DNA from: Deltaproteobacteria bacterium
GTDB lineage: Bacteria; Myxococcota; JACRCW01
Length of the DNA stretch: 20,000 bases
NCBI GenBank assembly: GCA_016218805.1
Contig: JACRCW010000161.1
Span: forward strand, 53,170 to 73,169
Reading direction: 5' to 3'
Made by a program: the position numbers and the translations under genes. Position 1 is the first letter of the stretch. Each line of letters begins with the position of its first letter. The notes under the pieces are model-generated. The model was not told where the DNA came from and did not search any database. It worked only from the letters and a program-made list of their open reading frames with translations. Shown piece by piece: positions 17,104 to 20,000 of this stretch.

Positions 17104-18319
17104 CACCGTGGTGCGGGTGCTGCCGGGGAAGGTGCTGTTTGCCAAGAACTCTGACCGCGACGCCAACGAGGCGCAGGCGCTGTGCTGGGAACCGGCGCGC
17201 GAGCACGCCGCGGGCGAGGAGGTGGGGTGCACGTGGATGGCCATCCCGCAGGCGCGCCGCACCCACGCGGTCCTGCTGAGCCGGCCGTTCTGGATGTGGG
17301 GCGCGGAGATTGCCGCCAATGAGCATGGCGTCGTGGTGGGGAATGAAGCCGTGTTCACCCGCGCACCGTACGCGCGTACGGGACTCACGGGGATGGACCT
17401 GTTGCGGCTGGCCGTGGAGCGCGGGGCCAGCGCGGACGAAGCGGTGGAGGTGATCACCTCGCTGCTCACGCGCCATGGCCAGGGCGGCGGCTGCGGCCAC
17501 GAGGACCGGTCGTTCACCTACCACAACAGCTTCATCGTCGCGGACCGGCGCGGCGCCTTCGTCGTGGAGACTGCCGCGCGCGAGTTTGTGGTGGAGCGCG
17601 TGGAAGGCGCGCGCTCCATCTCCAATGGGCTGACGGTGGACGGCTTTGCCACCCACCACTCGGACTGGCTGTACACCGCCGTGAGCGCTTGCCGCGTACG
17701 GCGCCAGCGCACGGAAGAACTGGCCGCGCGCGCCGGTGGCCCCGCTGACATGGCTGCCATCCTGCGGGACCACGGCGGACGGCCCGCGCCGCGCTATTCG
17801 CCACTCAACGGATGCATGGACGCGCCGTGCGCACACGGCGGCGGGCTGGCCACCTCCACGCAGACCACCGCCTCCTGGGTGGCTGAGCTGACCCCGGTGG
17901 GGGACCGCCACTTCGTCACGGCGACGGCCGCGCCGTGTACCGGGCTGTTCAAGCCGGTGGACGTGGACGCCCCGCTGGACCTGGGGCCGTGGCCCGGGGA
18001 CGTCTTTGACGCACGCACGCCCTGGTGGCGCCACGAGCGGCTGCACCGCTCCGTCATGCGGGACCCCGTGCGGCTGCTCCCACTGTTCGCAGGCGAACGC
18101 GACGTCCTGGAGGCGCGCTTCCTGCGCGAGCACACGCCACCGGGGGAGGCGTTCCGCCTGGCTGACGAGGCCACCGCGCGCTGGACCGCGCGCGTGACGG
18201 AGGAGGCGCAAGCTGACACGCGGCCGGTGTGGACCCGCGCGTACTGGTCCCGCCGCAACGCGCGCGCGCGGCTGCCGGCGTTGTCACCTGGCCGGAAGCT
18301 GGGTGGGATTCGCCGTTGA
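17096..18319 (+). CDS. Secernin-like peptidase C69 (Ntn hydrolase)
   Basis: MCDT N-terminal Cys nucleophile, FAKNSDR, LSRPFWMWGAE..NEHGV..GNEAVFT, GMDLLRLAVER, YHNSFIVAD, SISN, FKP. 8-bp overlap with the EamA gene. Confidence 0.9.
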   Translation: MCDTVVRVLPGKVLFAKNSDRDANEAQALCWEPAREHAAGEEVGCTWMAIPQARRTHAVLLSRPFWMWGAEIAANEHGVVVGNEAVFTRAPYARTGLTGMDLLRLAVERGASADEAVEVITSLLTRHGQGGGCGHEDRSFTYHNSFIVADRRGAFVVETAAREFVVERVEGARSISNGLTVDGFATHHSDWLYTAVSACRVRRQRTEELAARAGGPADMAAILRDHGGRPAPRYSPLNGCMDAPCAHGGGLATSTQTTASWVAELTPVGDRHFVTATAAPCTGLFKPVDVDAPLDLGPWPGDVFDARTPWWRHERLHRSVMRDPVRLLPLFAGERDVLEARFLREHTPPGEAFRLADEATARWTARVTEEAQADTRPVWTRAYWSRRNARARLPALSPGRKLGGIRR

Positions 18320-18393
18320 GCCACCGTGAGGGCAGGCCATGCAGCGCAAGCCGCGGCGGGCGGGACGGGCTGACGTGGACGGCGGCCCGCCAG

Positions 18394-18643
18394 GAAGACG
18401 CGCTTGTCAGCGGGCCAAGGCGTGCTTCTCCCAATCGAAGAGCCGCTCATCCCCGGGAGCACCGGTTCTTCCCCTGACAGAAGAGGCGCTTCTCCCCGGG
18501 TGAAGACCGGCTGCTCCCCAGGCGAAGCGGGTCTTCTCCCTGGAGAAGGCGGTCTACTCGCGCGAGAAGAGGCAAATGTGCTTGGAATCCTTCGCTCTTC
18601 GTTGCAGGGGAAGACGGTCTTCCCACCGGCGAAGCAGGTCTTC
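18394..18643. repeat. Non-coding array of 12 imperfect GAAG-N5-CTTC palindromes with 21-22 bp period
   Basis: 13-mers start at 18394, 18416, 18437, 18459, 18480, 18502, 18524, 18545, 18566, 18588, 18610 and 18631. Units at 18480, 18524, 18610 and 18631 match perfectly; those at 18459, 18566 and 18588 keep only one intact half-site. Confidence 0.8.
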
Positions 18644-18709
18644 TCTCACGTGACAATCCGCAACCCGCAGGACAACGGCGGCACTCGTCACGGGACGGGC
18701 CCAACGGAA

Positions 18710-19177
18710 TCAGCCCTCCGGCGCCCCGCCGGCCTTGCCACCGCCGCCGCGCTTCTTCTTGAAATACGCCACCAAGACGGAAAACCGCTCCAGCAGTTCC
18801 GGGTTGCGTTTGGATTGGGCGTTCACCTGGTCGTTGATTTGGCGGAGCAGGTCGTAAGCGCGTGCATCAAAGAGAAGGTTTGCCTGCTTGAAGCGGTTGA
18901 GCATGGACTCAATGTCAATGATGGCAAGGTCCACGTCTTCGGAAGCCGCGCCGCCCTTCCGCACCTCTGCCGGCGTCACGCCCGGCACGGAGAAGGAGTT
19001 CCCTTCCTCGGCCAACTTCTCCATGGTGTCCGCGCAGGCGGCGGCCACCAGCCCCAGCCCGCGAGGTGCCTTGGCAATCCGGGACACCTCCACCTCCGTC
19101 ATGTTTCCGGCCTTTTCCGGCGGGGCAATGTGGTCCGGCACGGTCAGCGAAACCGTACCCATCTTGATTTGTGCCAT
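18710..19177 (-). CDS. Hypothetical 155-aa, mostly helical protein with basic C-terminal tail
   Basis: Strong SD AGGAGG before ATG 19177; amphipathic helices; ends YFKKKRGGGGKAGGAPEG; more AT-rich codons than the neighbouring genes. Confidence 0.82.
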   Translation of the reverse strand: MAQIKMGTVSLTVPDHIAPPEKAGNMTEVEVSRIAKAPRGLGLVAAACADTMEKLAEEGNSFSVPGVTPAEVRKGGAASEDVDLAIIDIESMLNRFKQANLLFDARAYDLLRQINDQVNAQSKRNPELLERFSVLVAYFKKKRGGGGKAGGAPEG

Positions 19178-19206
19178 GGGGTTCCCTCCTGTTTGGGTTT
19201 GGAGCG

Positions 19207-19236
19207 CTGATAATCCAACGGCGTTTTTCATGGCAA
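19207..19236 (-). promoter_or_regulatory. Possible sigma70-type promoter for the 155-aa gene
   Basis: TTGCCA (-35-like) followed by TGGATTATCAG in an AT-rich patch. Spacing is non-ideal (15 or 18 bp). Confidence 0.25.
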
Positions 19237-19278
19237 GTTCCCCGTCCCGGCGTGGTGCCCGAGAGCCAGGCTGCCGAA

Positions 19279-20000
19279 TCAGCGCGAGCCCGCCCCGGTC
19301 TTCGCAATGAGTTGGCGGATCGCTGTGGCCTCGGGGAGCCTGAGGTGGTCGGCGGCCTGGAGGGCTTGCTCTAGGAGCTTCGCGGCTTCTTCCCGGTCTC
19401 CTGCGTTCCCGCGGAGGTACAGGCAGGTCGCCAGCTTCGCGCGCGTAACGAGCAGGGAGCGCACATCCCCCAGCTTCTCGTAAACGGGAAGCTGTTCCTC
19501 GCGGCGGATGCGCAGGGCCTCGTCAAGGTCTCCGCGGTTCTGGAGCACGTCGGCGATCTTGCCCATGGTGAGGGCCCGCGAGCGCACATCCCCCAGCTTC
19601 TCGTAGACGGGGAGCTGTTCTTCGCGGCGGATGCGCAGGGCCTGGTCAAGGTCTCCGCGGGCCTGGAGCACGTCGGCGATCTTGCCCATGGTGATGGCCC
19701 GCGAGCGCACATCCCCCAGCTTCTCGAAGACGGGAAGGAGTTCCTCGCGGAAGATGCGCAGCGCCTCGTCAAGGTCTCCGCGGGCCTGGAGCACGTCGGC
19801 GATCTTGCCCATGGTGACGGCCCGCTCGCGCACATCCCCCAGTTTCTCGTAGACGGGGAGCTGTTCGTCGCGGAAGATGCGCAGCGCCTCGTCAAGGTCT
19901 CCGCGGGCCTGTAGCACGTCGGCAATGTTGCCCATGGTGATGGCCCGCGAGCGCACATCCCCCAGCTTCTCGTAGACGGGGAGCTCTTCCTCGCGGCGGA
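19279..20000 (-). CDS. Tetratricopeptide repeat protein, C-terminal part (5' end outside window)
   Basis: Frame is open to the window edge; 41-aa TPR-like units EEQLPVYEKLGDVRSRAITMGKIADVLQARGDLDEALRIRR, then a divergent capping helix pair. Confidence 0.9.
   Translation of the reverse strand, partial: RREEELPVYEKLGDVRSRAITMGNIADVLQARGDLDEALRIFRDEQLPVYEKLGDVRERAVTMGKIADVLQARGDLDEALRIFREELLPVFEKLGDVRSRAITMGKIADVLQARGDLDQALRIRREEQLPVYEKLGDVRSRALTMGKIADVLQNRGDLDEALRIRREEQLPVYEKLGDVRSLLVTRAKLATCLYLRGNAGDREEAAKLLEQALQAADHLRLPEATAIRQLIAKTGAGSR
19459..20000 (-). repeat. Near-identical 123-bp tandem repeats (at least 4.4 copies)
   Basis: Anchor GCACATCCCCCAG recurs at 19461, 19584, 19707, 19830 and 19953, exactly 123 bp apart. 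Confidence 0.97.

Noticed and set aside
18394..18643. CRISPR array interpretation
   Set aside because: Units are only 21-22 bp, with no identical 23-47 bp repeats, no spacer-length unique segments and no cas genes in the window.
18404..19210. 268-aa plus-strand ORF and 85-aa minus-strand ORF (18447-18704) across the array
   Set aside because: The repeat register shifts frame between units, there is no convincing SD, and most of the long ORF is antisense to the 155-aa gene. A decayed coding origin is not fully excluded.
19459..20000. Diversity-generating retroelement template/variable repeat pair
   Set aside because: Repeats are in-frame and tandem, differences are not confined to adenines, and no reverse transcriptase is seen.

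Overview
GC-rich bacterial chromosomal segment, probably Myxococcota or a relative (inferred from a MYXO-CTERM-like anchor, Cys-rich lipoproteins and a long Pro/Ala-rich PilZ-like protein). Housekeeping genes: mutM, rimO, trmB and yacG. Other genes: an APH/NahK-like kinase; a co-oriented surface-enzyme block (clan GH-A hydrolase with CBM9-like domain and anchor, Cys-repeat HExxH metalloprotease lipoprotein, small lipoprotein, SprT-like protease); two membrane proteins; an ~1190-aa low-complexity protein; and a yacG-EamA-secernin operon. The right end (~18390-20000) looks accessory. It carries a non-coding array of 12 imperfect GAAG-N5-CTTC palindromes phased every 21-22 bp, directly downstream of an uncharacterised lower-GC 155-aa gene, which follows a TPR gene made of near-identical 123-bp repeats. 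This array/small protein/TPR unit is the best candidate for an undescribed system. Perfect stems also occlude the Shine-Dalgarno sites of both large secreted hydrolase genes. All family calls come from motif recognition by eye; no database search was run.
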